Part shown: in pieces, positions 9,293 to 19,822 of the stretch
Layout of the letters: every line of letters begins with the position of its first letter
How positions within the stretch are numbered: position 1 is the first letter of the stretch
Assembly: GCA_947498065.1 (NCBI GenBank)
Contig: CANMIS010000003.1
Location: forward strand, 336,739-400,738
Length of the DNA stretch: 64,000 nucleotides
Direction: 5' to 3'
Source of the DNA: an uncultured Erythrobacter sp.
Lineage (GTDB): Bacteria; Pseudomonadota; Alphaproteobacteria; Sphingomonadales; Sphingomonadaceae
The notes under the pieces: model-generated
What the model was told of the DNA's origin: nothing
Databases searched by the model: none
Seen by the model: the letters and a program-made list of their open reading frames with translations, nothing else
Made by a program: the position numbers and the translations under genes

Positions 9293-10507
9293 ATGGCATC
9301 CGATCTTCCCCCACCGTACACGGCCCTAACGCGTCATCCGATGATGCCGCGCACCAATCACGACGAGGCGGCTCGCTTCAACTTTCTTACCCACTTCAAC
9401 CGGTTCCTGTCGGGCGGCGTTGGGGCTGGCAATAAACTTGCTTACGCGAATGAGGTCCTGCCCGCCTTTCGCGCAGAGCATGGCCGCGATCCAGAGCACC
9501 GCTATGAAATCCGCGATGCGATGAACCAGAATGATTGGCATCGCATGTGGTCCGCGCTGAAGCGCAACTCGATGGAGATGCGCCAGCACAATGGCCGGCA
9601 AGCGGTCCTCCGCCAGCTTGATGAGCTCGATGCGATGGCTGAGCAATATATCGACAGCTCAGGCCTGCTCGAATTGGATCCATCGGTTGAGCAACCGCAT
9701 TACCAGACGGCGGTCGACATTCACTGCCAGCCTGGCGGCTATCACAGCGAAGAACGCTCGGGCGATGTTACGGTCGGCGCAAATTATGACGTCGGCCTGT
9801 TTGCGACCACTGGCGGTGCGCTGGGCGGACTGAATGATGGCGGCGGACAGGCCGTGGTCGAATGGGCCAAGAAAGAACGTCCCGATTGGCAGCCGAAGCG
9901 GATCCTCGATATCGGCTGTACGGTTGGCCATAATGCCGTTCCGATTGCTCAGGCGTTTCCAGGTGCCGAAGTGATTGCGATTGACACGGCCGCTGCATCG
10001 CTTCGCTATGGCGCAGCGCGCGCAGCGGCGATGGGCGTTACCAACATCAAATTCGTACAGGCCTCTGGCGAAGATCTTTCGCGCTGGGCCGATGGCACTT
10101 TCGATTGGGTTCAGACCACCATGTTCCTGCATGAGCTGTCTTCTAAAGCGATGCCGAAATTGCTGGCAGAGGCGAACCGCGTGCTGACACCGGGCGGGCT
10201 GATCCTGCATATTGAGCAGCCGCAATATTCCGATGACATGCCCTTGTTTGAGCAGTTCATGCGCGACTGGGATGCGTTCAACAATAACGAACCGTTCTGG
10301 TCCGCTATGCATGGGCGGGACTTGAAAGACGTTATGGCTGGCGCAGGTTTCCCGCGCGAAAGCCAGTTCGTTGCTGGTGTGCGGGCGGTCGCTGATCCGG
10401 AAATTTTCCCGCCGTCGCCCGATGATGGCGAAGAGGACTTCGGCAGGGCGGCCATCTGGAATGCCTATGGGGCGTGGAAACCAGCTGAACAGGCGGCTGC
10501 AGCATGA
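9293..10507 (+). CDS. Class I SAM-dependent methyltransferase with an N-terminal domain of about 200 aa and unknown function
   Basis: Motif I ILDIGCTVGHN. Post-I EVIAIDTA. Motif II/III FDWVQTTMFLHEL...LTPGGLILHIE. Confidence 0.75.
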   Translation: MASDLPPPYTALTRHPMMPRTNHDEAARFNFLTHFNRFLSGGVGAGNKLAYANEVLPAFRAEHGRDPEHRYEIRDAMNQNDWHRMWSALKRNSMEMRQHNGRQAVLRQLDELDAMAEQYIDSSGLLELDPSVEQPHYQTAVDIHCQPGGYHSEERSGDVTVGANYDVGLFATTGGALGGLNDGGGQAVVEWAKKERPDWQPKRILDIGCTVGHNAVPIAQAFPGAEVIAIDTAAASLRYGAARAAAMGVTNIKFVQASGEDLSRWADGTFDWVQTTMFLHELSSKAMPKLLAEANRVLTPGGLILHIEQPQYSDDMPLFEQFMRDWDAFNNNEPFWSAMHGRDLKDVMAGAGFPRESQFVAGVRAVADPEIFPPSPDDGEEDFGRAAIWNAYGAWKPAEQAAAA

Positions 10508-10863
10508 GCGATCCGATCGACTGGGTCGCGCTGTCTGGACGCCGGGCCAAGGGCAAGCGCCCTGAGTATTTCGAAGACCCTGCGCTCGACCGCCTTTACT
10601 CGACGGTCTTTGCGCTCGCCGCTGAAGTCTCGGCCTTGCGCGAAAGGCAGGACACGGTGGAGCGGATGCTCGATGAGAAGGGCACGATAAGCCGCGAGGA
10701 CATCGAAACCTATCAGCCTGATCGGGCCGCAGGTGAAGAGCGAGGCCTTGCCACACGCGCCTATGTCTCGCGGATTATGCGCGGTTTTCAGCAACATGTC
10801 GAAGCGATGGAAGCAGACGATCCCCCGATCATGGATATCGTCGAAAAGCTGGCCCGCGAATAG
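10504..10863 (+). CDS. Hypothetical 119-aa protein, translationally coupled to the methyltransferase
   Basis: The start ATG overlaps the upstream stop (ATGA). Charged, helical-looking sequence with no recognisable motif. Confidence 0.55.
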   Translation: MSDPIDWVALSGRRAKGKRPEYFEDPALDRLYSTVFALAAEVSALRERQDTVERMLDEKGTISREDIETYQPDRAAGEERGLATRAYVSRIMRGFQQHVEAMEADDPPIMDIVEKLARE

Positions 10864-10884
10864 CACGCTTGGGACAAGACGGAC

Positions 10885-10904
10885 GCGGGGCAGGGTGGCC
10901 CCGC
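10885..10904 (+). terminator. GC-rich hairpin downstream of the 119-aa gene (weak terminator or attenuator candidate)
   Basis: GCGGGGC-agggtg-GCCCCGC followed only by TTGCGTG, so there is no strong U-tract. Confidence 0.3.
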
Positions 10905-10929
10905 TTGCGTGACAGGGAGAGGGCCAGAA

Positions 10930-11424
10930 ATGCCTGAGACGACCGACATCGACAGGATCAAGCGCACGACCGTAATTGTGCGAGACGCCGAAAAGGCGGC
11001 TCAGTGGTACGAAAACGTATTGGGCATGAGCCGTTGGATGGACACGCCTTTCACTTTGTCAGGCAATCAACTGGCATCAGGCAAGAAGGGCGATCAAACC
11101 CGGCTTATCATCATGAAGGCAGATCATGATGAAATCGGCATGATCGGTCTGCTGCAATGGGTTGATCCGGTGAGGGATGACATTCCCGCTGAGCTGCCGA
11201 CGGAGATTCCCTTTGGCACACCGATTTTTGTGGTTGCTTCTAAGGACACGAAGGGCGCAGTCGAGCGCGCCCGCGCCGCTGGGTCACGGATACACGCACA
11301 GCCGGTCGAATGGACGGTAACCGGAGCCAACGGACTTAAGAAGGATATGATCGGGGGGAGTTTCTGGGACCTCGATGGCAATTTCTTCGAAGTGAACGAA
11401 GTGGTCCGCATCCACGAGTCTTGA
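10930..11424 (+). CDS. VOC (glyoxalase/bleomycin resistance/dioxygenase) family protein
   Basis: IKRTTVIVRDAEKAAQWYENVLGM beta-alpha-beta module. GGGAGAGG RBS lies upstream of ATG 10930. Confidence 0.75.
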   Translation: MPETTDIDRIKRTTVIVRDAEKAAQWYENVLGMSRWMDTPFTLSGNQLASGKKGDQTRLIIMKADHDEIGMIGLLQWVDPVRDDIPAELPTEIPFGTPIFVVASKDTKGAVERARAAGSRIHAQPVEWTVTGANGLKKDMIGGSFWDLDGNFFEVNEVVRIHES

Positions 11425-11519
11425 GCTCGAGGTGCAAGTTGGCGCAAGGCGTGATTGCCAGTTACGCTTCGCCCCACATCTGGCGATTGATACCGATCTG
11501 ACCATGGAGAAACTAAACA

Positions 11520-11975
11520 ATGGCAGTCTCTGAACAGGCTCCTGTGCGTTTCCAGCGCGGAAACTTCGTGGTGTCCGATCTGGACCGCGCACTGACCTTT
11601 TATGAAGGCGTTCTGGGCTTTGAGGTCGAGTACCGGCTCGGCGACAATCCGGACAGCTACTCCCGCTCGGTCTTCGACGTGCCCGATGCTGCTCAGCTTG
11701 GCTTTGTCACGCTCAATCTGCCAGACCAGCGCCGCGTGATGGCATTGACTGAGGTGAAGGGCATGACCCTTGAGCCCGCACCGCATCCACGGCGCAGCGC
11801 TATCGTGCTCGAAACGCACGATCCCGATGCGGTAATGGCTGGCGCGCGCAATTTGGGCCTAACTGTCTATGACGAAGAAGTTCTCAAAACGCCCGATGGG
11901 AGAGTGGGGCGCGAGATTGGGATCGTGGATTTTGACGACAATCTGATCGTGATTTACAGTTTCCCAAGGACCTAA
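11520..11975 (+). CDS. VOC (glyoxalase) family protein
   Basis: FQRGNFVVSDLDRALTFYEGVLGFEV. GGAGA RBS lies 8 nt upstream. Confidence 0.75.
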   Translation: MAVSEQAPVRFQRGNFVVSDLDRALTFYEGVLGFEVEYRLGDNPDSYSRSVFDVPDAAQLGFVTLNLPDQRRVMALTEVKGMTLEPAPHPRRSAIVLETHDPDAVMAGARNLGLTVYDEEVLKTPDGRVGREIGIVDFDDNLIVIYSFPRT

Positions 11976-12060
11976 AATGAGCGCGAGTTTTCGGGCCAAT
12001 TCCTGTGCGCCATTGCTCCGCCTGCCGCGACACAGAACTTAAAACAACCAGAGGATCACA

Positions 12061-12366
12061 ATGCCATTTTACGCTTTCTACTGCCGCGATGGTGAGAACG
12101 GCCCTGCCTTACGCGAGAAATTCCTCGCCGAGCATTTGGCCCATGTCGAGGCGCATATTGATGATTATGCCGTCGCCGGTCCGCTCAAACAGGATGAGGA
12201 AACAACCGGCTCACTGCTGGTGATCAAAGCAGACGGCGAAGAGGAGGCCCGCACCAAATTTGAGGCCGACCCATACTTCAGCGCCGGTGTATGGCAATCG
12301 ATCCGCACATCAGAATTCCGCGCAGTGGCTGGCGATTGGGTCGGCGGTGTGACTTGGAAGGGGTGA
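12061..12366 (+). CDS. YciI family protein
   Basis: 101 aa. MPFYAFYCRDGENGPALREKFLAEHLAHV...GPL...GSLLVIKADGEEEARTKFEADPY matches the YciI pattern. GAGGA RBS present. Confidence 0.8.
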   Translation: MPFYAFYCRDGENGPALREKFLAEHLAHVEAHIDDYAVAGPLKQDEETTGSLLVIKADGEEEARTKFEADPYFSAGVWQSIRTSEFRAVAGDWVGGVTWKG

Positions 12367-12411
12367 GTTAGGCCCTTGAGATGCTCGAGGCTTACCTAAG
12401 TCGCTGAAATT

Positions 12412-12487
<76 letters not shown>

Positions 12488-12587
12488 ATCGGGCTGCTTC
12501 GGTTATTATCGATGCTGCCAATTTGCCGAGGTTCGAGGCCCGCAATTGGGCGTGGTCGAATCGGCGAAGGCGCTGCGTATAGCGCGC

Positions 12588-12962
12588 TTATCCGCGAATG
12601 GAAGGAGTTTTGGGCCCCTCGGCCAATTGCGACAGCTTGCGCTTCGCCTTTTCGGTGAGCTCAATTCGCGATTCAAACTCATCGTGGAGCGCCGAGATGA
12701 TTGTAATCATCCCATCGTCTTGAAGGCGCGAAATTAGGTTAAGGGCTGCGCTTTGGGTTAGGCCCGCGACGCGGTGGACTTGGCGCAGACTGGTGGATTG
12801 TCCGGCGCATTCGCGGCTGTAGACGCCGCCCAATAGGGCCGCGACGGCAGCGACCTCTAACGCGCTGTCTGCGTTAGCGAGACTAACATCTGATGCGGCT
12901 TCGCCTGGGCGGCGCCTAAAAGGAAGCGCACGGGCGAAGCGATCGCGCATGCGCATTCGCAT
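12588..12962 (-). CDS. Small winged-helix (MarR-like) putative transcriptional regulator
   Basis: Perfect AAGGAG RBS 6 nt upstream of ATG. HTH-like segment STSLRQVHRVAGLTQSAALNLISRLQDDGMI. Confidence 0.55.
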   Translation of the reverse strand: MRMRMRDRFARALPFRRRPGEAASDVSLANADSALEVAAVAALLGGVYSRECAGQSTSLRQVHRVAGLTQSAALNLISRLQDDGMITIISALHDEFESRIELTEKAKRKLSQLAEGPKTPSIRG

Positions 12963-13180
12963 AGCGAACTCCTTAAGTTAAAAAGTCACGATGCCCCCGA
13001 TTTGCCAGCGTCGCACGCGGGCCAATCAGGGGGCTTTAGGTGCAAGCAAGCGCGGAGGGAGAGTTCGGCATGGTGCGACCCGAGGGCCGAAGCGCGGTTG
13101 CTTACAGTTTGGCTATAGGGTTAATGATCGCAAGGCATAAGTCGCCTGGTTGGGGGACATGTGGTATAGCTGCGCCAGAG

Positions 13181-13891
13181 ATGCAGAAGTACTTTGGCCA
13201 GATTGAGCGGCTGGACGACCTTTGGGATGTCTATCGCTACATTTGCGGGGTGTGTGATGAGCAGGGGGCTATCCGGACCAGCTATCACTTTTCGCCGATC
13301 TTTTCTGCGCCCAATTCAATCCGCACGGATGTCTATGCCAACGGATATAGCGACGAGTGGCTGAAGCTCTATGACAAAGAAGATTTCCGGCAATCTGATC
13401 CCATTCCGGCGCGCACGATGAAGCACGGCGCATTGTTAAAATGGAGCGATGCGATGGTGATGGAGCCGAACACGCCGGAGAACGAGGCATATTTTGCAGC
13501 GATGCGGGAGCATGGCCTTGTGCATGGTTTCGGCCTGCCTCTCTATGGGCCGCGCGGACGCAATTCCTACGCTTCGTTTGACTTTGGCAAACCGGTGGAG
13601 GAAGTCGACAGCGTTGCTTTGGGCATAGTGCGCGGTGCCTCGCAAGCGGCGCATCAACGGATATGCGTGCTGCTCGATGCCACGCGAACAACGCCGGAGC
13701 TTTCTGGGCGAGAGCGCGAGGTTCTGGAATGGATAGCGCGCGGCAAGTCCACGAGCTCAATCGCTACAATTCTGGAGCTGTCGCCGGAAACGGTGAAGAC
13801 TTATGCGAAGCGCATTTATGAAAAGCTGGGCACGTCCGACCGGGTCGGGGCTACTGTCAAAGCGCTCAAACTAGGCCTGATCAAAATCTAG
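13181..13891 (+). CDS. LuxR-family transcriptional regulator with autoinducer-binding domain (LuxR solo)
   Basis: C-terminal HTH LSGREREVLEWIARGKSTSSIATILELSPETVKTYAKRIYEKLG. The N-terminal domain keeps W-x3-Y, D-P, W and G at canonical spacing (EWLKLY...SDP...LKW...HG). With start 13181 the numbering matches LasR (W60, Y64, D73, P74, W88). Alternative starts are ATG 13070 (GGAGGG RBS) and GTG 13040. Confidence 0.85.
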   Translation: MQKYFGQIERLDDLWDVYRYICGVCDEQGAIRTSYHFSPIFSAPNSIRTDVYANGYSDEWLKLYDKEDFRQSDPIPARTMKHGALLKWSDAMVMEPNTPENEAYFAAMREHGLVHGFGLPLYGPRGRNSYASFDFGKPVEEVDSVALGIVRGASQAAHQRICVLLDATRTTPELSGREREVLEWIARGKSTSSIATILELSPETVKTYAKRIYEKLGTSDRVGATVKALKLGLIKI

Positions 13892-13898
13892 CTAAGGC

Positions 13899-15026
13899 TC
13901 AGTTTTCAAGTCCGCCGCGCGGGGCGTTTCTGTTCCAGCGATTGACCATCATGAGCGCGCCGATACAGATCATGTTCGTCATCATTGATGATCCGCCATG
14001 GCTCATGAAGGGTAGGGGGATGCCCACCACCGGCGCCATGCCCATCACCATCATCAGATTGACGGCGATGTAGAAGAAGATAGTCGCAACCATTCCGGCG
14101 GCCACCAGGCTAGAGAACCGGTCTCGCGAAGTCAGCGCAACGCGCGTGCCCCAGCGCAGGATGATCGCGAAGATGCCAATCACAAAGATGCCTCCGATAA
14201 GACCCCATTCCTCGGCCATGGTCGCAAACACAAAGTCCGTGTGTGGCTCCGGTAGGTATTGCAGATGGCTTTGCGAGCCATTGTTGAAACCTTTGCCAAC
14301 AATGCCGCCAGAACCGATGGCGATCTTGGATTGCGCGATGTGATAGCCCGCGCCCAGCGGATCGCTTTCTGGATCGAACAGGGTCATGACCCGGCGCTGC
14401 TGATAGTCTTGCAAGCCGAAGAAGAACGCTAGCGGGGCAGCGATGGCCGCAGCGATGCCTCCGCCAATGAACCACTGCATGGGAAGGCCGGCGAGCAGCA
14501 TGACGACCGCGCCGCCAAAGGCAATGGCGAGCGAGGTGCCAAGGTCTGGTTGGAGCAATACGAATGCCATTGGGACCGCAATCAAAGCGGCAGGGATTAA
14601 GATCGCTCTCCAATCCGTGATCAGGCCCACAGGAAGAGAGGCATAGAAGCGTGCGAGCACCAGAACGATGACAGGCTTCATCAGCTCGGAAGGCTGAAGC
14701 ACCATAAATCCGAAGTCGATCCAGCGCTGACTGCCGCCTCCGACTTGGCCAATCACTTCAACCGCGATCAGCAGCAGTAAGACCCCGATATAGGCGGGAT
14801 AGGTCATGAACTTCACGAATTCGCGCGGCAAAGAGGCGATGATCGATGCCATTACGAGGAAGATAGAAAAGCGGATCAGGTGCGAGCTTGCAAAGGGCTG
14901 CATCGAACCACCGGCTGCGGAATACAGCACGGCTGCTCCGAACAAGACGAGCAGCAGCAACGGTATCAGCATGGCCCACGGCTGGCGCGCGATGGGCTCT
15001 GGAACGATGCTCCCGGCGCGGCTCAT
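13899..15026 (-). CDS. rodA: Rod shape-determining SEDS protein RodA (peptidoglycan glycosyltransferase)
   Basis: FtsW/RodA/SpoVE-type 10-TM protein. Overlaps the mrdA stop by 4 nt. Last gene of the mre-mrd operon. Confidence 0.95.
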   Translation of the reverse strand: MSRAGSIVPEPIARQPWAMLIPLLLLVLFGAAVLYSAAGGSMQPFASSHLIRFSIFLVMASIIASLPREFVKFMTYPAYIGVLLLLIAVEVIGQVGGGSQRWIDFGFMVLQPSELMKPVIVLVLARFYASLPVGLITDWRAILIPAALIAVPMAFVLLQPDLGTSLAIAFGGAVVMLLAGLPMQWFIGGGIAAAIAAPLAFFFGLQDYQQRRVMTLFDPESDPLGAGYHIAQSKIAIGSGGIVGKGFNNGSQSHLQYLPEPHTDFVFATMAEEWGLIGGIFVIGIFAIILRWGTRVALTSRDRFSSLVAAGMVATIFFYIAVNLMMVMGMAPVVGIPLPFMSHGGSSMMTNMICIGALMMVNRWNRNAPRGGLEN

Positions 15027-17131
15027 GGTGTGCCTGCTTGCGTTGAGGGCGGGGCATTGGGAGCGGTCGGACTAAGGGTCTGGTTTGGAGTGGGCGTTGG
15101 CGCGCCGCGCGGCGTCGCTTCCTCGCGCGGGGCCACGAAATCTTCGGCTATCTCTTCGGATTGCTGCGCAGCGACGCGGGCCTCCGCCTCCACCTGGTCA
15201 AAGATGTCTTCATCGCGGCGCGGGGCCGCCACGACGGCTTCACCGCGCTCTGCGGCGTAGCGTGCGTATTTGTTATCGAGCCGCTCTTGCGCGGTGCCGC
15301 CCCATTGCTTTTCTAGAGCGTTGAGCTTTTCCAAGCCCTTCGCCGGATCAAACATGAAGGTCATGACATCGCGCGCGATTGGGTATGCCGCACCCGAGCC
15401 GCCGCCGTGCTCAATCACCACCGCTCCGGCATAGCGCGGATTGTCGAACGGCGCGAAGAAGGTGAAAAGGCCGTGGTCGCGGTATTTCCATGGTCCAGAC
15501 CTACCGTCAGATACGCTAAGCGAGACGACTTGAGCCGTGCCGGTTTTGCCGGCCATTTTGATGTCTTCAAACGGCAAGCGTCCGCGACCCGCTGTGCCTG
15601 GCCCGTTCACAACATCGCTCATCGCCTGGCGCACATAGCGGACGTGCTCGTCGGGAAAATCAACCTGATCAAAGCCCTTGGGTGCAGCATCCATTGTGAG
15701 GCGCGGCATCACATGGCGCCCAGTTGCGAGCCGGGCGGAACTGACCGCGAGTTGCAGCGGACTGGCGAGATAGTAGCCCTGACCGATTGACGCGTTGACC
15801 GTATCGAACGGCTCCCAATCGCGGTCAAATTTGTTCCGCTTCCAATCCGCGTTCGGGACGGTGCCATAGAATTGGCTGGTGACGGGCAAGGGGAATTCCT
15901 CGCCCATGCCGGTGAGCTTGGCCATCTCAGCCACTTTGTCGAAGCCGATTAGCTGCGCGAAATGATAGAAATAGCTGTCGCAGCTTTGATAGATCGCCTT
16001 GGCCATATCGACCCGGCCATGGTTGCTCCAGCAATTGAAGAAGCGATTGCCGATCCGCCGCCCGCCCGCGCAAGTGATCGCCTCATCGGGCGCAATGCCT
16101 GCCTTTAGGAAAGCCATGCAGTGCATCGGCTTGACGGTCGAGCCGGGTGGATAGAGCCCTTTTAGGACCTTGTTGCGCAACGGAATGCGCGCATCCTCGC
16201 GCAGCATGGCATATTCGACGCTACCAATGCCGTCAGAAAAACTGTTCGGGTCAAAGCTGGGCATGCTGGCCATGCAGAGCAGATCGCCGGTCGCGCAATC
16301 CATCACGACGACAGAGCCAGACTCCAGGCCAATCCGGCGCGCGGCATAATCCTGTAGCGGGCCATCAATGGTCAGGCGAACAGGATCGCCTTGAATGTCC
16401 TCACGTGTGTCCAGGTCTCGGATAATTCGGCCAGAGGCGGTCACTTCGACCCGGCGAGCGCCCGGTTCTCCTCGCAATTCCTGCTCGAACTGTTTTTCCA
16501 GCCCGTCTTTGCCAATCTTATAGCCCGGCGTGATCAGAAGCGGATTGCGTTCTTCCTCATCATATTCCTCGGCATTGGCGGGGCCAACATAGCCGATCAA
16601 ATGTCCGACGCTTGGCCCGGTCGGATAGAAGCGTGAAAAGCCGCGCTGGGGTACCACGCCCTGCATATCTGGCAGGCGGACGCTGAGTGCGGCGAATTGT
16701 TCGTAGTCGAGACCACTGGCGACTTCGACTGGTTGAAACCCGCTGACGGCTGCGACTTTCTGCTTAACGTCGGCGATGCGCGCCGGGGACAGCGAGAGCA
16801 GCGCGCCAATTTCATCAATGGTAGCATCGGCATCGACCAATCGGTCTGGGATCAAATCGACCCGAAAGTCTGCGCGGTTGGAGGCGAGCGGAGCGCCATT
16901 CCTATCAAGGATCCACCCACGGCGCGGCGGGATCAGGGTGAGATTGACGCGGTTGCTTTCCGACTCGAGCCGGTATTTCTCATTTTCAGCAATCGCGAGA
17001 TAGCCCATGCGCGCCGCCAGCAGGACGCCGATCCCGCCCTGGATTGAGCCCACCACCATACTGCGCCGGTCGAACGTGTTCTTAAGGGTGGAGGCGCTGA
17101 CAATCGGTTGATTGCGGCGACGCTTCGCCAT
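15023..17131 (-). CDS. mrdA: Penicillin-binding protein 2 (elongasome transpeptidase) with a Pro/Glu-rich C-terminal tail
   Basis: SxxK = STVKP. SxN-type motif present as SCD (QSCDSYF). KTG = AGKTGTAQV. Operon position lies between mreD and rodA. Confidence 0.95.
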   Translation of the reverse strand: MAKRRRNQPIVSASTLKNTFDRRSMVVGSIQGGIGVLLAARMGYLAIAENEKYRLESESNRVNLTLIPPRRGWILDRNGAPLASNRADFRVDLIPDRLVDADATIDEIGALLSLSPARIADVKQKVAAVSGFQPVEVASGLDYEQFAALSVRLPDMQGVVPQRGFSRFYPTGPSVGHLIGYVGPANAEEYDEEERNPLLITPGYKIGKDGLEKQFEQELRGEPGARRVEVTASGRIIRDLDTREDIQGDPVRLTIDGPLQDYAARRIGLESGSVVVMDCATGDLLCMASMPSFDPNSFSDGIGSVEYAMLREDARIPLRNKVLKGLYPPGSTVKPMHCMAFLKAGIAPDEAITCAGGRRIGNRFFNCWSNHGRVDMAKAIYQSCDSYFYHFAQLIGFDKVAEMAKLTGMGEEFPLPVTSQFYGTVPNADWKRNKFDRDWEPFDTVNASIGQGYYLASPLQLAVSSARLATGRHVMPRLTMDAAPKGFDQVDFPDEHVRYVRQAMSDVVNGPGTAGRGRLPFEDIKMAGKTGTAQVVSLSVSDGRSGPWKYRDHGLFTFFAPFDNPRYAGAVVIEHGGGSGAAYPIARDVMTFMFDPAKGLEKLNALEKQWGGTAQERLDNKYARYAAERGEAVVAAPRRDEDIFDQVEAEARVAAQQSEEIAEDFVAPREEATPRGAPTPTPNQTLSPTAPNAPPSTQAGTP

Positions 17132-17685
17132 CAGCCAATCCTCCGCGAACGCGAGAGCCGGTATCTATCGAGCCAAGCAATCATGCGGGATATTATCGGA
17201 TAGAGCAGGACAGACAGCAAGACTTGCGGCACCGCAGCAATAAGTTGGTGGATCGTAGGGGCAGCACCGGAGACTGCCATTGCTGCAAATATGTACAGAA
17301 CGATCGCTAAACCGGCGCTGAACCAATCCTGCCAAAACCCGCGCCATGGGAAACGGGTTTCGATCATTTCGAGCGCAATCATGGTGAGCGACCATAGCAA
17401 TACTGCGCTGCCAAATGGTTGCCCGCTGAACAGATCATCGAATGCGCCCAGCGGCACGCCTACCCAGAGCGGCAGGAGCCCGGGGCGCATGATCCGCCAA
17501 GCAATCAGCACCAAGAAACCGAGAGGTGGGGCCAGCGGCATCACGTCGGCGAGCAGTACGAATGGCACCAGCGAGCCAATCAGGATCGAGGCATAAGGCA
17601 CAATGCTCGCGCGCAGCGGCGACTGCGTCCGGTTGATCCGGCTGCCGTATCTGTCTGATCTCGCCGCCGGGCTGTAGCGTTCCAT
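17131..17685 (-). CDS. mreD: Rod shape-determining protein MreD
   Basis: 184-aa polytopic protein between mreC and mrdA, with 1-nt overlaps on both sides. Confidence 0.85.
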   Translation of the reverse strand: MERYSPAARSDRYGSRINRTQSPLRASIVPYASILIGSLVPFVLLADVMPLAPPLGFLVLIAWRIMRPGLLPLWVGVPLGAFDDLFSGQPFGSAVLLWSLTMIALEMIETRFPWRGFWQDWFSAGLAIVLYIFAAMAVSGAAPTIHQLIAAVPQVLLSVLLYPIISRMIAWLDRYRLSRSRRIG

Positions 17686-18575
17686 TACTCCGCTAGCTCC
17701 AACTCTATCGGAGTGTCAGCGCTTTCCACTGCTTCAGGCTGCCACAGTGGCTCGACCGATACAAAGTCGGTGGCGGATGGATCGGCGATCAGGCGGGCAA
17801 TGCCGCCATCATTGGTTTTCTCGCTCAGGATCGCGACAGCCACGCCGGGCCGGTAATATCCGCCAGCGCCGCTGGTGAGGAAGATATCGCCAACCTCCAA
17901 TGGATTGATGCCCAGATTGATCAAGCGTATCCGCAGCAATCCGTCTCCGCGCCCTTCCGCAAAGGCGACGGTTTCATCGGTGGCGCGCCGCACGGGCAAA
18001 ACGCTCTCGCTGTCGGTAAGCAGCAATATGCGCGAACTGCTGCGCGAGACTTCGAGTACGCGTCCGACGACACCTCTGGCGCTGCGCACTGACATTCCGA
18101 TCTCGACACCATCATCGCGGCCCGCACCAAGATAAGCGAAGCGGCGGCTGCTGGTGGAGCTTGATCCGACGAGCCGCGCAACGGCGACAGGTTCGGTTTC
18201 GGTGACGGACAGTCCGAGCAGTCCCTTCAGGCGGATGTTCTCCTGCTCGACCGCTTCGGCTTCGGCCAAGCGGATGCGGGCGATCTCAACCTCTTCGCGT
18301 AGGGCCGCGTTTTGCTGCCCGGCCTGGTAATATGCGGTAATCCTGTCCCAGAAACTGTCGCTGCCGCCGCGCACCACGGCCGCACCTTCGCCAGCAGGGG
18401 CTGCGACATCGGTTGCCGCACCGCGCAGGTCAGCAAATGCGCTTGGTTGCCAATAAGAGATGACGAGCAGGCCCGCGCCAATAAGCGCGCCAATCCCCGC
18501 GAGGAGATAGCCGGTGAAGACCGAATATTGTGCCCTGCGCGAATGGCCCGAGCGCCGGGATGAATTCGGCGCCAT
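17685..18575 (-). CDS. mreC: Rod shape-determining protein MreC
   Basis: N-terminal anchor, a coiled-coil segment (NAALREEVEIARIRLAEAEAVEQENIRLKGLL), then a beta-barrel region. Immediately downstream of mreB. Confidence 0.9.
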   Translation of the reverse strand: MAPNSSRRSGHSRRAQYSVFTGYLLAGIGALIGAGLLVISYWQPSAFADLRGAATDVAAPAGEGAAVVRGGSDSFWDRITAYYQAGQQNAALREEVEIARIRLAEAEAVEQENIRLKGLLGLSVTETEPVAVARLVGSSSTSSRRFAYLGAGRDDGVEIGMSVRSARGVVGRVLEVSRSSSRILLLTDSESVLPVRRATDETVAFAEGRGDGLLRIRLINLGINPLEVGDIFLTSGAGGYYRPGVAVAILSEKTNDGGIARLIADPSATDFVSVEPLWQPEAVESADTPIELELAE

Positions 18576-18599
18576 GCCTGTTTCTCCCCTTCTGCCTGA

Positions 18600-19817
<1,218 letters not shown>

Positions 19818-19822
19818 CTAAG

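Noticed and set aside
9149-12411. Integrated island at the 3' side of tRNA-Lys, flagged by a direct repeat of the tRNA 3' end (att site).
   Set aside because: I found no second copy of the tRNA 3' segment (GGACGCACTAGGGTTCGAA or its complement) in the intergenic regions I could scan by eye. No integrase or recombinase gene is present. The idea remains untested by computation.
12367-12411. Hairpin TTAGG-CCTTGAG-atg-CTCGAGG-ctta-CCTAA between yciI and the tRNA-Lys 3' end as a terminator.
   Set aside because: The stem is plausible, but there is no U-tract on either strand. I do not think it is supported well enough to call as a feature.
13040-13180. Longer LuxR start at ATG 13070, which has a good GGAGGG RBS, or at GTG 13040.
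   Set aside because: The added 37-47 residues would shift the conserved AHL-pocket residues away from the numbering seen across the family (W60/Y64/D73/W88 with start 13181). This is kept as an alternative in the feature evidence because the RBS argument points the other way.
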